From: Mycobacterium lacus
GTDB taxonomy: Bacteria; Actinomycetota; Actinomycetes; Mycobacteriales; Mycobacteriaceae
Direction: 5' to 3'
Length of the DNA: 32,000 nucleotides
NCBI RefSeq assembly: GCF_010731535.1
Contig: NZ_AP022581.1
Location: 1,155,952 to 1,187,951, forward strand
Below the pieces are notes generated by a model. The model was not told the DNA's origin and searched no databases. It saw only the letters and a program-made list of their open reading frames with translations. The position numbers were made by a program, and so were the translations under genes. Shown here in pieces: positions 17,580 through 28,367 of the stretch; the stretch's first letter is position 1, and each line of letters begins with the position of its first letter.

Positions 17580-18233
17580 ATGAGCAAACTGCCGTTCCTG
17601 TCCCGGGCGGCGTTCGCGCGGGTCACCAGTCCGGTGGCCAGGGCGTTGCTGCGGGTGGGTCTCACGCCGGACGCGGTCACCATCCTGGGCACTACCGCCT
17701 CGGTGGCGGGGGCGCTGACGCTTTTCCCGATGGGCGAGCTGTTCGCCGGTGCGTGCGTGGTCTGGTTCTTCGTGCTGTTCGACATGCTCGACGGGGCGAT
17801 GGCCCGGGAGCGCGGCGGCGGCACCCGCTTCGGCGCCGTGCTGGACGCTGCCTGCGACCGCATCAGCGACGGCGCGGTGTTCTGCGGGCTGCTGTGGTGG
17901 ATCGCATTTCACATGCACGACAGGCTGCTGGCAGTGGCCACCCTGATCTGCCTGGTCACCTCGCAGGTGATTTCCTACATCAAGGCCCGGGCCGAAGCCA
18001 GCGGGCTGCGCGGCGGCGGCGGGTTCATCGAACGGCCGGAGCGGTTGATCATCGTGTTGACCGGCGCCGGCGTGTCGGACTTTCCGTTCGTTGCCTGGCC
18101 GCCCGCGCTGCCCGTGGGGATGTGGCTGCTGGCGGTGGCCAGCGTGATCACCTGCGCGCAGCGGTTGCACACGGTGCGCGCCTCGCCCGGCGCCACCGAT
18201 CGCGTCGCTGCTCAGGGAAAGAGCGAGCCGTGA
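17580..18233 (+). CDS. pgsA1: CDP-diacylglycerol--inositol 3-phosphatidyltransferase (phosphatidylinositol phosphate synthase)
   Basis: CDP-alcohol phosphatidyltransferase motif FDMLDGAMARERGGGTRFGAVLDAACDRISD. Multi-TM protein. Position in the conserved operon. Confidence 0.9.
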   Translation: MSKLPFLSRAAFARVTSPVARALLRVGLTPDAVTILGTTASVAGALTLFPMGELFAGACVVWFFVLFDMLDGAMARERGGGTRFGAVLDAACDRISDGAVFCGLLWWIAFHMHDRLLAVATLICLVTSQVISYIKARAEASGLRGGGGFIERPERLIIVLTGAGVSDFPFVAWPPALPVGMWLLAVASVITCAQRLHTVRASPGATDRVAAQGKSEP

Positions 18234-19180
18234 TCTCCACTTTGGCGGGCTGGAAAGTGACCGAGGCCCCGCGCCGCCTGTTCACCGGTACGGCGACCGA
18301 CTGGGCGTACGCGGCCGGCTGGATGGCGGTGCGGGCGATGCCAGAATTCGCCGCGCGCAACGCGTTCGACGCCGGGGCGCGCTACGCGGCCCGCCACGGC
18401 GGGCCTGAGCAGCTGCGCAAGAACCTGGCCCGCGTCATCGGTGTGCGGCCCGCCGATGTGCCGGACGCGCTGATGCGGGCCTCGCTGGCGTCCTATGCCC
18501 GCTACTGGCGGGAGGTCTTTCGGCTCCCGACGATGAACCACCGGGCGGTGGCAAATCAGGTCGATGCCGGTGGCATCGACCTGCATTTGGTGGCCGAGGC
18601 GTTGGATGCCGGGCGGGGCGCGGTGCTGGCGTTGCCGCACAGCGGCAACTGGGATGTCGCCGGGGTGTGGCTGGTGCAGCGCCACGGCACCTTCACCACG
18701 GTCGCCGAGCGGCTCAAACCCGAATCGCTGTACCGGCGTTTCATCGCCTACCGCGAGAGCCTCGGTTTCGAGGTGCTGGCGGCGTCCGGCGGCTCGCGAC
18801 CACCCTTCGAGGTGCTGTGCGAGCGGCTGCGGGCCAACCGGGTGGTGTGCCTGATGGCCGAGCGCGACCTCACCCGCACCGGCGTTGAGGTCGAGTTCTT
18901 CGGCGAACCCACCCGGATGCCCGCGGGGCCGGCGAAGCTCGCGATCGAGACCGGGGCGGCGCTGCTCCCGGTGCACTGCTGGAATAGCGGCAAGGGCTGG
19001 GGGTTTTCGGTGCATCCGGCTCTCGGCTGCGGCAGCGGCGACGTCGGCGCCATCACCCAGGCGCTGGCCGACCGGTTCGCGCACAACATCGCCGCCCACC
19101 CGGCCGACTGGCACATGCTGCAGCCGCAGTGGCTGGCCGACCTTCCCGACGAACGGCGGGCGAGGCTGGAAGAGGCCTGA
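18230..19180 (+). CDS. patA: LpxL-type lysophospholipid/PIM acyltransferase (Rv2611c-like)
   Basis: The GTG start overlaps the pgsA1 stop (GTGA). HX4D acyltransferase motif (LPHSGNWD). Position between pgsA1 and pimA. Confidence 0.8.
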   Translation: MISTLAGWKVTEAPRRLFTGTATDWAYAAGWMAVRAMPEFAARNAFDAGARYAARHGGPEQLRKNLARVIGVRPADVPDALMRASLASYARYWREVFRLPTMNHRAVANQVDAGGIDLHLVAEALDAGRGAVLALPHSGNWDVAGVWLVQRHGTFTTVAERLKPESLYRRFIAYRESLGFEVLAASGGSRPPFEVLCERLRANRVVCLMAERDLTRTGVEVEFFGEPTRMPAGPAKLAIETGAALLPVHCWNSGKGWGFSVHPALGCGSGDVGAITQALADRFAHNIAAHPADWHMLQPQWLADLPDERRARLEEA

Positions 19181-20304
19181 TGCGGATCGGGATGGTCTGT
19201 CCGTACTCGCTCGACGTGCCGGGCGGGGTGCAGTCGCACGTGTTGCAGCTGGCCGAGGTGATGCGGGCCCGCGGGCATGACGTCAGCGTGCTGGCGCCGG
19301 CCGCGCCGGACCTCCCGCTGCCCTCCTACGTCGTCTCGGCGGGCAGGGCGTTCCCGATTCCCTACAACGGTTCGGTGTCGCGGCTGCAGTTCAGTCCGGC
19401 GGTACACGGCAGGGTCCGACGCTGGCTCGCGGAGGGCGACTTTGACGTGCTGCACCTGCACGAACCGAATGCGCCCAGCCTGTCGATGTGGGCCCTGCGG
19501 GTGGCCGAGGGGCCGATCGTGGCGACGTTTCACACCTCGACCACCAAATCGCTGACCCTGTCGGTCTTCCAGGGTGTACTGCGGCCCTGGCACGAGAAGA
19601 TCGTCGGCCGGATCGCGGTGTCGGACCTGGCCCGGCGCTGGCAGATGGAGGCGCTGGGTTCGGACGCGGTCGAGATTCCCAACGGGGTCGACGTCGATGC
19701 GCTGGCGTCGGCGCCGCGGCTGGCGGGGTATCCGCGGCCGGGCAGGACGGTGCTGTTCCTGGGCCGTTACGACGAGCCGCGCAAGGGGATGGCGGTCCTG
19801 CTCGACGCGCTGCCCGCGGTGGTGGAGCGTTTTCCCGACGTGCAGCTGCTGATCGTCGGCCGCGGCGACGAGGACCAATTGCGGGCCCAGGCAAGCGGAT
19901 TGGTCGAGCACCTCCGCTTTCTCGGCCAGGTCGACGACGACGCGAAGGCGTCGGCGATGCGCAGCGCCGACGTCTACTGCGCGCCCAACACCGGCGGCGA
20001 AAGCTTCGGCATCGTCCTGGTCGAGGCGATGGCCGCCGGCACCCCCGTGGTGGCCAGCGACCTGGATGCGTTCCGGCGGGTGCTGCGCGACGGTGACGTC
20101 GGCCGCCTGGTGCCGGTTGACGACAGCGCCGCGTTGGCCGATGCGCTGATCGCGGTGCTGCACGACGCCGCCCTGCGGCGGCGTTACGTGGCGGCCGGCG
20201 CCGAGGCGGTGCGCCGCTACGACTGGTCGGTGGTGGCCAACCAGATCATGCGGGTCTACGAGACGGTCGCCGGGACGGGCGCCAAGGTTCAGGTGGCCAG
20301 CTAG
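19180..20304 (+). CDS. pimA: GDP-mannose-dependent alpha-mannosyltransferase PimA (GT4)
   Basis: The ATG overlaps the upstream stop (TGATG). MRIGMVCPYSLDVPGGVQSHV. GT4 E-x7-E region GESFGIVLVEAMAAGTPVV. Confidence 0.93.
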   Translation: MRIGMVCPYSLDVPGGVQSHVLQLAEVMRARGHDVSVLAPAAPDLPLPSYVVSAGRAFPIPYNGSVSRLQFSPAVHGRVRRWLAEGDFDVLHLHEPNAPSLSMWALRVAEGPIVATFHTSTTKSLTLSVFQGVLRPWHEKIVGRIAVSDLARRWQMEALGSDAVEIPNGVDVDALASAPRLAGYPRPGRTVLFLGRYDEPRKGMAVLLDALPAVVERFPDVQLLIVGRGDEDQLRAQASGLVEHLRFLGQVDDDAKASAMRSADVYCAPNTGGESFGIVLVEAMAAGTPVVASDLDAFRRVLRDGDVGRLVPVDDSAALADALIAVLHDAALRRRYVAAGAEAVRRYDWSVVANQIMRVYETVAGTGAKVQVAS

Positions 20305-21347
20305 TGACGTGGTTGCTGGTGGTCGTTGCGGCGCTGGTTGTGCTGCTGGTCACCCTGGTCGGCGCCTGGGGATATCAGACGGCCAACCGGTTGAACCGGT
20401 TGAACGTCCGCTATGACCTGTCGTGGCAGGCGCTGGACGCCGCGCTGGCGCGGCGCGCGGTGGTGGCGCGCGCCGTCGCGATCGACGCCTACGGCGGTGC
20501 GTCGAAGGCCAGCGCCGAGGGCAGGCGGTTGGTGGCGCTGGCCGACGCCGCCGAGCGCGCGCCCCGGCACGCGCGCGAGGCGTGCGAAAACGAGCTCTCC
20601 GCCGCGCTGGCGACCGTCGATCCGGCGTCGCTGCCGGCGGCCCTGATCGCCGAGTTGGCCGACGCCGAGGCCCGCGTGCTGCTGGCCCGCCGATTCCACA
20701 ACGACGCGGTTCGCGACACCCTGGCGCTGGCCGAGCGACGCCTGGTGCGCGCGCTGCGCCTCGGCGGAACCGCGGCGCTGCCAACATATTTCGAGATCGT
20801 CGAGAAACCGCACGCATTGTCGCACGAAGGCGTGCGCAACCACCGCACCTCGGCGCGGGTGGTGCTGCTCGACGAGAGCGGCGCCGTGCTGTTGCTGTGC
20901 GGTTCGGACCCGGCCGTCGGCGGCGACGCGCCGAAATGGTGGTTCACCGTCGGCGGCGAGGTGTGCCACGGCGAGCGGTTGGCCGAGGCCGCGGCACGCG
21001 AGCTGGCCGAGGAAACCGGTCTGCGGGTCGGGCCGGACGAGATGGTCGGACCCATCTGGCGGCGCGACGAGGTCTTTGAGTTCAACGGCTCGATGATCGA
21101 CAGCGAGGAGTTCTACCTGGTTCACCGCACGCGCCGGTTCGAGCCGTCCGTCGCCGGGCGGACCGAGCTGGAACGCCGCTACATCCACGGGGCGCGCTGG
21201 TGCGACGCGGACGACATCGCGCGGCTGGTCGCGGCCGGGCAGGTGGTGTACCCGTTGCAACTCGGCGAGCTGTTGTCGCAGGCCAACCGGCTGGCGGACG
21301 ACTCGGCGACCGCCCACGACGTCGGTATCCCTCAGTCGATCCGCTGA
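20304..21347 (+). CDS. Membrane-anchored Nudix hydrolase with an N-terminal TM helix and LemA-like region (Rv2609c-like)
   Basis: N-terminal [21 protein letters not shown]. Nudix box [24 protein letters not shown] in the C-terminal half. The 3' end overlaps the convergent PPE gene by 16 nt. Confidence 0.8.
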   Translation: MTWLLVVVAALVVLLVTLVGAWGYQTANRLNRLNVRYDLSWQALDAALARRAVVARAVAIDAYGGASKASAEGRRLVALADAAERAPRHAREACENELSAALATVDPASLPAALIAELADAEARVLLARRFHNDAVRDTLALAERRLVRALRLGGTAALPTYFEIVEKPHALSHEGVRNHRTSARVVLLDESGAVLLLCGSDPAVGGDAPKWWFTVGGEVCHGERLAEAAARELAEETGLRVGPDEMVGPIWRRDEVFEFNGSMIDSEEFYLVHRTRRFEPSVAGRTELERRYIHGARWCDADDIARLVAAGQVVYPLQLGELLSQANRLADDSATAHDVGIPQSIR

Positions 21348-23107
21348 CACGCAAGGACCGGCGGTGGCGGTAACCCCAGCTCGGCCAGTGCGTTGTTGAC
21401 CCCTTGCACGGCGCCCAGCTGCAGATCGGCCACGACCGCAGCCGGATCGACGTTCGGGAACAGGCCGAACGGCGTGGGCACATCCTGATAGCCGGTGCGG
21501 TCGTAGCCCAGCTCGATGAGCACCCGCAGATCCGGCTGGATCAGCTCGGCCAGTGGGTTTCCCACAAAGGGGATGGCGCGCAGCGGCAGCAGCAGCGGCA
21601 AGTCGTCGCTGGGGATGAGTATGTAGGTGGTCAGGCTGTCGGCAGACGCCGGCTGGACGACACCGGACGCGATCTGGGCGGGCGTCAGGGTGTCGTACGC
21701 GGGGTGCACAAAGAAGAAGCCCGCGATGGCGTTGGCGGTTGCCAGGAGATTCAGGGGGTAGCGGGGGAAGTCGGCGACGCCGTCGTATTGGACGGCGTAA
21801 TCGACGGTGGGGTAGGCGTCGGCGGGAGTCGCGCCGTACCACGTGAAACCCAACGGCGGGATGGAGAAACCGGGCAGACGCGCCAGCAGGCCGCCGTCGG
21901 GCCGGTCGGGATTGCCGAACAGCACGAAGGACAGCTCGTCCGGGCCCGGGCGCAGGCCGGCCGGCAGGGTCTGCAGGTAGCGCATTTCGAGGGTGGCTAT
22001 CGCGGCGCTCTGGGAGGCGCCCAGGACGATGGTGTGGTTTCCCGCCGCGTATTGCGCCATGATCGCGGTGTTCAGCCGCTCGACGCCCTGGGCCACGGAC
22101 GCGTCGAGGGTCAGGCTGTCCAGCCCGGTGAATGGAAAAAACTTCGAGGGCACTACCAGGAACTTCGCGACGTACGAGGGGTGATGGGGAGTGATGAACT
22201 GCTCAATCAACTCCACGTCGCCGGGCTTAGGTAGCGGGCTGAGTCCCGTGCCGCCCATGATCAACGCGACTTCCGCCGGGACGCCGGCGCCGACCTGGTT
22301 CGCGTCGATGAGCAGGACGCCGACGTTGCCGCTACCGGGGTTCCCGTAGCCGAAGATTCGGTTGCCGGTGTTGCCGATGCCGACGTTCCAGTTGCCAATG
22401 TTCCCGATGCCGACGTTTCCGTTGCCGACGTTTCCGATCCCGACGTTGCCGTCGCCGTAGTTGCCGGCGCCGATGTTTCCGTTGCCGGTGTTGCCGTTGC
22501 CGATGTTGTTGACGCCGGTGTTTCCCGTGCCCACGTTGAAGGTGGCGGTGGTCAGATCCACGCTGACTGGCAGGTTCGCCAGGAGCTGCTGCAAACCCTC
22601 CTGAAAAGGCGCCAGCGGTGTGACCGCCGCCGACGCGCCGGCATGGTAGCCGCACATCGCGGCCACGTCCTGGGCCCACATCTGCTCGTATTCGGCCTCT
22701 GCGGCCGCGATCGCCGGGGAGTTCTGGCCCAGCAGGTTGGATGCCACCAGCGACACCAGCCGAGTTCGGTTGGCCGCGATCATCGCCGGGTTCACGATGG
22801 CCGCGCGGGCCGCCTCAAATGTGCTCGCCGCCAGCCGGGCCTGGACGGCCGTCAGCTCGGCGTGACCCGCCGCCGTGCTTAGCCATCTCAGGTACGGGCC
22901 GGCCGCGCGCATCATGGCCAGCGATGCCGAACCCTGCCAGGCCCCACTCGTCAGCCCCGAGGCCACCGCCGCAAACGAGCCCGCCGCGGCCTCCAACTCT
23001 TCGGCCAGCCCGTCCCAGGCGGCCGCCGCGGCCAGGATCGGGCCCGGGCCCGCACCGGCGAACATGCGCGCCGAATTCAATTCCGGTGGCAACACGGTGA
23101 AACTCAT
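21332..23107 (-). CDS. PPE family protein, MPTR subclass, with C-terminal PE-PPE (alpha/beta-hydrolase-like) domain (PPE42/Rv2608 position)
   Basis: [38 protein letters not shown] (PPE domain, start at codon 10 of the track ORF). NxGxGNxG repeats ([45 protein letters not shown]). C-terminal region ...[17 protein letters not shown]... typical of the PE-PPE domain. Confidence 0.92.
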   Translation of the reverse strand: MSFTVLPPELNSARMFAGAGPGPILAAAAAWDGLAEELEAAAGSFAAVASGLTSGAWQGSASLAMMRAAGPYLRWLSTAAGHAELTAVQARLAASTFEAARAAIVNPAMIAANRTRLVSLVASNLLGQNSPAIAAAEAEYEQMWAQDVAAMCGYHAGASAAVTPLAPFQEGLQQLLANLPVSVDLTTATFNVGTGNTGVNNIGNGNTGNGNIGAGNYGDGNVGIGNVGNGNVGIGNIGNWNVGIGNTGNRIFGYGNPGSGNVGVLLIDANQVGAGVPAEVALIMGGTGLSPLPKPGDVELIEQFITPHHPSYVAKFLVVPSKFFPFTGLDSLTLDASVAQGVERLNTAIMAQYAAGNHTIVLGASQSAAIATLEMRYLQTLPAGLRPGPDELSFVLFGNPDRPDGGLLARLPGFSIPPLGFTWYGATPADAYPTVDYAVQYDGVADFPRYPLNLLATANAIAGFFFVHPAYDTLTPAQIASGVVQPASADSLTTYILIPSDDLPLLLPLRAIPFVGNPLAELIQPDLRVLIELGYDRTGYQDVPTPFGLFPNVDPAAVVADLQLGAVQGVNNALAELGLPPPPVLACQRID

Positions 23108-23272
23108 CGCTACGTCCAAGCGCTCCGGTAGCAAGAGACCCTATGACACGTCGGGCACAATCTTCGGGTTTCCGTGAAACTTTCGCCGACGAGGCGACAG
23201 CGTCGGAGCCGGAAAACTCGGCCGTCGGTCACCACTAGACTGGTGGGGGCAGCCAAACAGCGAGGGAGAGCA

Positions 23273-24184
23273 GTGGACACCGAGTCGACCGGGTCGGCCT
23301 CCGGCCAGACCGGCACCGCCCGCGTCAAGCGCGGCATGGCCGAGATGCTCAAGGGCGGCGTCATCATGGACGTCGTCACCCCGGAGCAGGCCCGCATCGC
23401 GGAGGGCGCCGGCGCCGTGGCGGTGATGGCCCTGGAACGGGTGCCCGCCGACATCCGGGCCCATGGCGGGGTGTCGCGGATGAGCGATCCCGACATGATC
23501 GAGGGCATCATCAACGCGGTCACCATCCCGGTGATGGCCAAGGTGCGGATCGGGCATTTCGTCGAGGCGCAGATCCTGCAGAGCCTCGGCGTGGACTACA
23601 TCGACGAGTCCGAGGTGTTGACCCCCGCCGACTACCACCACCACATCGACAAGTGGAAGTTCACCGTGCCGTTCGTGTGCGGGGCAACCAATCTGGGCGA
23701 AGCGCTGCGGCGCATCAGCGAGGGTGCGGCCATGATCCGGTCCAAGGGCGAGGCGGGCACCGGTGACGTCTCCAACGCGACCACGCACATGCGGGCCATC
23801 AGCGGCGAGATCCGCCGGCTGACATCGCTGTCCGAGGACGAATTGTTCGTGGCGGCAAAGGAATTGCAGGCGCCCTACGAGCTGGTCGCCGAGGTCGCCC
23901 GGGCCGGCAAGCTGCCGGTCACGCTGTTCACCGCCGGCGGCATCGCCACACCCGCCGACGCGGCGATGATGATGCAGCTCGGCGCCGAGGGCGTCTTCGT
24001 GGGCTCGGGCATCTTCAAGTCCGGCGCCCCTTCGCACCGTGCCGCCGCGATCGTCAAGGCCACCACGTTCTACGACGACCCGGATGTGCTGGCCAAGGTG
24101 TCGCGCGGGCTGGGCGAGCCGATGGTGGGCATCAACGTGGAGGAGATCGCGGCGCCGCATCGCCTGGCCCAGCGCGGCTGGTAA
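23273..24184 (+). CDS. pdxS: Pyridoxal 5'-phosphate synthase lyase subunit PdxS
   Basis: GTG start after [55 protein letters not shown]... is almost identical to Mtb PdxS as I recall it. Confidence 0.95.
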   Translation: MDTESTGSASGQTGTARVKRGMAEMLKGGVIMDVVTPEQARIAEGAGAVAVMALERVPADIRAHGGVSRMSDPDMIEGIINAVTIPVMAKVRIGHFVEAQILQSLGVDYIDESEVLTPADYHHHIDKWKFTVPFVCGATNLGEALRRISEGAAMIRSKGEAGTGDVSNATTHMRAISGEIRRLTSLSEDELFVAAKELQAPYELVAEVARAGKLPVTLFTAGGIATPADAAMMMQLGAEGVFVGSGIFKSGAPSHRAAAIVKATTFYDDPDVLAKVSRGLGEPMVGINVEEIAAPHRLAQRGW

Positions 24185-24193
24185 GAATCTTTC

Positions 24194-25030
24194 GTGGCGA
24201 TCGAGGAGATTCTTGATCTCGAACAACTCGAGGTGAACATCTACCGCGGTAGCGTGTTTAGCCCGGAGTCGGGTTTCCTGCAGCGCACCTTCGGCGGTCA
24301 TGTGGCCGGCCAGTCGCTGGTGTCGGCGGTGCGCACCGTCGACCCGCGCTACCTCGTCCACTCGCTGCACGGTTACTTCCTGCGGCCCGGAGATGCCAGG
24401 GAGCGCACGGTTTTTCTGGTCGAGCGCACCCGCGACGGCGGATCCTTCACCACCAGGCGGGTCAACGCCATCCAGCACGGGGAGATCATCTTCAGCATGG
24501 GGGCGTCGTTCCAGACCCAGCAGGAGGGCATCAACCACCAGGACCCCATGCCGGCCGCGCCGCCACCCGATGGCCTGCCGGGGCTGAACTCGATCAAGGT
24601 GTTCGATGACGCCGGGTTCCGGCAGTTCGAGGAGTGGGACGTCTGCATCGTGCCGCGGGAGCGCCTGCGGCTCCTGCCCGGCAAGGCCGCACAGCAGCAG
24701 GTGTGGTTTCGCCACCGGGAGCGGTTGCCCGACGATCCGGTGCTGCACATCTGTGCGCTGGCCTACATGAGCGACCTGACACTGCTGGGATCCGCGCAGG
24801 TCAATCACCTCGACGTGCGGGAACATCTGCAGGTGGCGTCGCTGGACCACGCGATGTGGTTCATGCGGGCGTTCCGGGCCGACGAGTGGTTGCTCTACGA
24901 CCAGTCCTCGCCCTCGGCCTGCGGCGGCCGCGCGCTCACCCAAGGCAAGATCTTTACCCAGTCCGGCGAGATGGTAGCGGCGGTCATGCAGGAGGGGCTG
25001 ACGCGCTACAAGCGCGGGTACCGGCCATGA
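24194..25030 (+). CDS. tesB2: Acyl-CoA thioesterase II (double hot-dog fold)
   Basis: [13 protein letters not shown]....[13 protein letters not shown].....[12 protein letters not shown] is the typical TesB signature. Position between pdxS and pdxT, as in Mtb. Confidence 0.88.
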   Translation: MAIEEILDLEQLEVNIYRGSVFSPESGFLQRTFGGHVAGQSLVSAVRTVDPRYLVHSLHGYFLRPGDARERTVFLVERTRDGGSFTTRRVNAIQHGEIIFSMGASFQTQQEGINHQDPMPAAPPPDGLPGLNSIKVFDDAGFRQFEEWDVCIVPRERLRLLPGKAAQQQVWFRHRERLPDDPVLHICALAYMSDLTLLGSAQVNHLDVREHLQVASLDHAMWFMRAFRADEWLLYDQSSPSACGGRALTQGKIFTQSGEMVAAVMQEGLTRYKRGYRP

Positions 25031-25623
25031 GCCCGCCAAGGGTCGGCGTCTTGGCGCTGCAAGGCGACACCCGGGAGCACCTGGCAGCGCTGCGCGAATC
25101 CGGAGCCGATCCAATGACCGTCCGGCGCCGCGACGAGCTCGACTCGGTGGACGCGTTGGTCATCCCGGGTGGGGAGTCCACCACCATGAGCCACCTGCTA
25201 CTGGAGTTCGACCTGCTAGAGCCGCTGCGGGCACGGCTGGCCGACGGGCTTCCGGCCTACGGCGCGTGTGCCGGGATGATCCTGCTGGCTAGCGAGATCC
25301 TCGACGCCGGGGCCAACGGGCGCGCGGCGCTGCCGTTGCGCGCGATCGATATGACGGTGCGGCGCAACGCTTTTGGACGCCAGGTAGACTCGTTTGAAGG
25401 CGATATCGCGTTCGCGGGTCTCGACGGCCCGGTGCGGGCGGTGTTCATCCGGGCGCCATGGGTCGAGCGCGCCGGTGACGGCGTGCAGGTGCTAGCGCGG
25501 GCCGCGGGCCACATCGTCGCGGTGCGGCAGGGCGTCGTGCTGGCGACGGCGTTTCACCCGGAGATGACCGGGGACCGGCGCATCCACCGGTTGTTCGTCG
25601 ACATCGTCAACGGTCGGCACTGA
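25027..25623 (+). CDS. pdxT: Pyridoxal 5'-phosphate synthase glutaminase subunit PdxT
   Basis: The ATG overlaps the tesB2 stop (ATGA). [17 protein letters not shown]...[11 protein letters not shown]...[13 protein letters not shown]...ATAFHPE shows the class I glutamine amidotransferase Cys/His residues. Confidence 0.93.
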   Translation: MSPPRVGVLALQGDTREHLAALRESGADPMTVRRRDELDSVDALVIPGGESTTMSHLLLEFDLLEPLRARLADGLPAYGACAGMILLASEILDAGANGRAALPLRAIDMTVRRNAFGRQVDSFEGDIAFAGLDGPVRAVFIRAPWVERAGDGVQVLARAAGHIVAVRQGVVLATAFHPEMTGDRRIHRLFVDIVNGRH

Positions 25624-25754
25624 AGCCCCGTGCGCGCGAGCGTGCGCAATCGCACACCAATTGCGGCGTGTCGCCGTACAGACACGCACCGTCGCGACCC
25701 ACGTAGACTCGTCTGGCGAACTTGTCGAGCAACAAGAAGAGGTATGACACCCCG

Positions 25755-26510
25755 ATGAGTGGGCATTCCAAGTGGGCCACCACCAAGCACAAGAAGGCCG
25801 TCATCGACGCGCGCCGCGGCAAGATGTTCGCCCGGCTGATCAAGAACATCGAGGTCGCGGCCCGTGTCGGTGGCGGTGACCCGGCGGGCAACCCGACGCT
25901 CTACGACGCGATCCAGAAGGCCAAGAAGAGTTCGGTACCCAACGACAACATCGAGAAGGCCCGCAAGCGTGGTGCCGGCGAGGAGGCCGGCGGCGCCGAC
26001 TGGCAGACCATCACCTACGAGGGTTACGCGCCCAACGGTGTGGCGGTGCTGATCGAGTGCCTGACCGACAACCGCAACCGGGCCGCCAGCGAGGTCCGGG
26101 TGGCGATGACGCGCAACGGCGGCGCCATGGCCGATCCGGGGTCGGTGGCCTACCTGTTCTCCCGCAAGGGCGTGGTCACCCTGGAAAAGAACGGCCTGAC
26201 CGAGGACGACGTGTTGACGGCGGTGCTCGACGCCGGCGCCGAGGACGTCAATGACCTCGGCGACAGCTTCGAAATCGTCTCCGAGCCCGGGGACCTGGTC
26301 GCCGTGCGCACCGCGTTGCAAGACGCCGGCATCGACTACGAGTCGGCCGAGGCCAGCTTCCAGCCCTCGGTCAGCGTGCCCGTCGACCTCGACGGCGCCC
26401 GCAAGGTGTTCAGGCTCGTCGACGCGCTGGAAGACAGCGACGACGTGCAGAACGTGTGGACCAACGTCGACGTGTCCGACGAGGTGCTGGCGGCGCTCGA
26501 CGAGGAGTGA
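25755..26510 (+). CDS. YebC/PmpR-family transcriptional/translational regulator (Rv2603c-like)
   Basis: [69 protein letters not shown] is the canonical YebC N-terminus. Confidence 0.93.
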   Translation: MSGHSKWATTKHKKAVIDARRGKMFARLIKNIEVAARVGGGDPAGNPTLYDAIQKAKKSSVPNDNIEKARKRGAGEEAGGADWQTITYEGYAPNGVAVLIECLTDNRNRAASEVRVAMTRNGGAMADPGSVAYLFSRKGVVTLEKNGLTEDDVLTAVLDAGAEDVNDLGDSFEIVSEPGDLVAVRTALQDAGIDYESAEASFQPSVSVPVDLDGARKVFRLVDALEDSDDVQNVWTNVDVSDEVLAALDEE

Positions 26511-26515
26511 CGAGC

Positions 26516-26542
26516 CGGCCCAAAACGCGATGCGTTGGGCTG
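26516..26542 (+). terminator. Hairpin immediately after the YebC-family gene
   Basis: gcccaaaacgc / gcgttgggc (26518-26528 / 26532-26540) form a 9-bp stem with a 2-nt bulge and a 3-nt loop, and the flanking bases could extend it. Confidence 0.45.
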
Positions 26543-26551
26543 CATGCGAAA

Positions 26552-26569
26552 TTGCATGATAACATGCAA
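26552..26569. promoter_or_regulatory. Candidate VapB operator (7-bp inverted repeat) overlapping a leaderless-type -10 hexamer
   Basis: TTGCATG ataa CATGCAA (26552-26558 / 26563-26569). TAACAT (26560-26565) lies exactly 6 nt before GTG 26572. An additional TGCATGC lies at 26541-26547. Confidence 0.5.
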
Positions 26570-26571
26570 AA

Positions 26572-26817
26572 GTGCCTAAGACGGTCCAGATTCGTGACAT
26601 CGACGACGAGGTGTATGCGGGCTTAGTGCGCCGTGCCGCCGAGGAGGGGATCACGGTCCCGGAGTTGCTGCGCCGTGAAGCGGCCCGGTTGGCTGCGCGG
26701 CCGTCGGTCGCGCAGTGGCTAGCCCGGATTGGGCGCCGACCCTCGACGGTGTCCACCGCCGAGGTGCTGGCGACCTTGGATGAGTGGCGCGGTGAGTGGC
26801 CGGATGCTGGTCGTTGA
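26572..26817 (+). CDS. vapB: RHH (FitA/StbC-like) VapB antitoxin
   Basis: MPKTVQIRDIDDEVYAGLVRRAAEEGITVPELLRRE has the ribbon-helix-helix pattern. It overlaps the downstream PIN gene by 14 nt. Confidence 0.8.
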   Translation: MPKTVQIRDIDDEVYAGLVRRAAEEGITVPELLRREAARLAARPSVAQWLARIGRRPSTVSTAEVLATLDEWRGEWPDAGR

Positions 26818-27208
26818 CGCGTCGTGTCTGTTCGAGGTCGTAGCTGACACGCCGCGGGCAGCTGAGATCGCGGCGCGTCTGGCCGCCGACGCCGATCAGG
26901 CGGCCCCACATGTCATCGATGTCGAGGTGATGGGGGTGATTCGCGCCCAGTACCTGCGGGGGCGGTTGGACGGGACGGCCGCCGGGCAGGCCGTCGCCGA
27001 TCTGCGGGACTGGCCGGGCGAGCGTTTCGGGCACCGGTGGCTGCTGGAGCGGGCATGGCAGCTGCGGGATTCAGTCCGTGGATGGGATGCGTTCTACGTC
27101 GCGCTTGCCGAGGCGTTTGATGCGACGCTATTGACCCTCGACGCACGGCTCGCCCGCACGCACGGGCCGACTTGCCGGATCGAGGTTGTCGGCGCACAGG
27201 GCCGATGA
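26804..27208 (+). CDS. vapC: PIN-domain VapC toxin
   Basis: [13 protein letters not shown]... and ...[24 protein letters not shown] carry the conserved PIN acidic residues in the usual order. Confidence 0.85.
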   Translation: MLVVDASCLFEVVADTPRAAEIAARLAADADQAAPHVIDVEVMGVIRAQYLRGRLDGTAAGQAVADLRDWPGERFGHRWLLERAWQLRDSVRGWDAFYVALAEAFDATLLTLDARLARTHGPTCRIEVVGAQGR

Positions 27209-27344
27209 AATCGGCGGCGGGTCGAAGTTCGGATGCCGTCGAAATCTTCTACCGGGGAACTACGTCCGGTGGGCGTCCGCGTGTGCTCGTGGTGTGGGCC
27301 CGCCTTCTGGCTATGTGCAATGTGCATCGTGGTGTTGGCGATCG

Positions 27345-27473
27345 TTGGGCGTTTTGCCCGTATGCATGTGGTGGTGTGGGTGCGACGATCGCGCATGGTT
27401 GTGCGCTGCCGGTGATGCGTTGGTGCGGGAGGATCCCCGGGTCGCTATGGCATTTGCTGGCTGGAGGTGTCCG
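27345..27473 (+). repeat. PE-gene leader, copy A (partial homologue of copies B and C)
   Basis: Shares the TTTTGCCCGTaTG box (27352-27364), GTGGTGTGGG-type motifs and a GGAGG SD with the other two leaders. It is roughly 38 nt shorter between the box and the ATG. Confidence 0.5.
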
Positions 27474-27878
27474 ATGTCGTTTGTGATTGCTACACCGGAG
27501 AATTTGGCGGCGGCGGTGTCGGATTTGGCGGGCATTGGCCGGTCGGTGGGTGCGGCTAATAGCGCCGCGGCGGCGTGGACGACGTCGGTGTTGCCGGCGG
27601 CCGGTGATGAGGTGTCGGCGGCGATTGCGGGGCTGTTCGGCACGTTCGCGGCGGAGTATCAAGCGGTCAGTGCGCAGGCGGCGGGGTTTCATGCACAGTT
27701 TGTGCGGGCCTTGACCTCGGCTGGGGGGGCGTATGCGGCCGCGGAGGCGGCGAATGTGTCGCCGTTGGGGGCGGTGGAGCGGGCGGTGTTGGATGCGGTC
27801 AATGGGCCGGTGCGGTTGTTGACGGGTCGTCCGTTGATCGGCGATCAGTGGCGCGTATCAACGCCCGCGGGGCCTTGA
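27474..27878 (+). CDS. PE family protein. It has a PE domain plus linker, truncated at the GRPLIGD motif where a PGRS domain would begin.
   Basis: [80 protein letters not shown]...[20 protein letters not shown]. Compare the intact PE_PGRS in this window, which continues [12 protein letters not shown]. Confidence 0.85.
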   Translation: MSFVIATPENLAAAVSDLAGIGRSVGAANSAAAAWTTSVLPAAGDEVSAAIAGLFGTFAAEYQAVSAQAAGFHAQFVRALTSAGGAYAAAEAANVSPLGAVERAVLDAVNGPVRLLTGRPLIGDQWRVSTPAGP

Positions 27879-28073
27879 AGCGACAGAGCCGCTCGGCGCG
27901 AACCTTCACCACCGACCAGCCCACGGCGATCGCCGCATGATCGTCTATCGAGACAGCCGGTCAGCACGAGGAATCCCGGCATTCCAGTGCGGGGAGGACG
28001 TCAATTTGACAGCTCCGGCAACCCTGGCTTGGCGTTTAACACGCGCGTAGCGCTTTTGTGCTACGTTAGTGCT

Positions 28074-28367
28074 ATGGCGACGCCGGTGAGTCAACGGGAA
28101 CTGAGAAACGACAGCGGCGCGATCATGCGCCGGGTGCAACAGGGTGAGCGCTTTACCGTTACCCGAAACGGTGTCCCGGTGGCAGACCTCATCCCGCACA
28201 AGGACTCCGGACCCGATCGACCGCCGCGCTTCGTTCCGGTGGCGCAGATCGCCGCAGGCATCAGCGAACTTCCGCGCTGGGATGCGGAACGGTTCGTTCA
28301 TGAGCTCGAAGACCTCGCCAGTGCCATCGACGACAGCGACACCGACAAGTGGCGCGCCGCCACATGA
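28074..28367 (+). CDS. vapB: Phd/YefM-type antitoxin paired with a PIN toxin
   Basis: MATPVSQRELRNDSGAIMRRVQQGERFTVTRNGVPVADLIP is a typical Phd/YefM N-terminus. The stop overlaps the toxin start (ATGA). TACGTT (28062-28067) lies 6 nt before the ATG. Confidence 0.8.
   Translation: MATPVSQRELRNDSGAIMRRVQQGERFTVTRNGVPVADLIPHKDSGPDRPPRFVPVAQIAAGISELPRWDAERFVHELEDLASAIDDSDTDKWRAAT

Noticed and set aside
18748-21842. Long minus-strand ORFs (471 aa and 513 aa) over the acyltransferase/pimA/Nudix genes
   Set aside because: They are antisense to an operon with overlapping start and stop codons and clear catalytic motifs on the + strand.
23141-26909. 657-aa and 451-aa minus-strand ORFs over pdxS-tesB2-pdxT and the YebC-family gene
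   Set aside because: They are antisense to four highly conserved genes and have no motifs of their own.
27879-28073. Short ORF-like readings after the truncated PE gene (for example [30 protein letters not shown]), which might be debris from a mobile element
   Set aside because: I could not match them to any transposase, integrase or REP-family signature from memory. There are no inverted terminal repeats. This remains unresolved without BLASTX.
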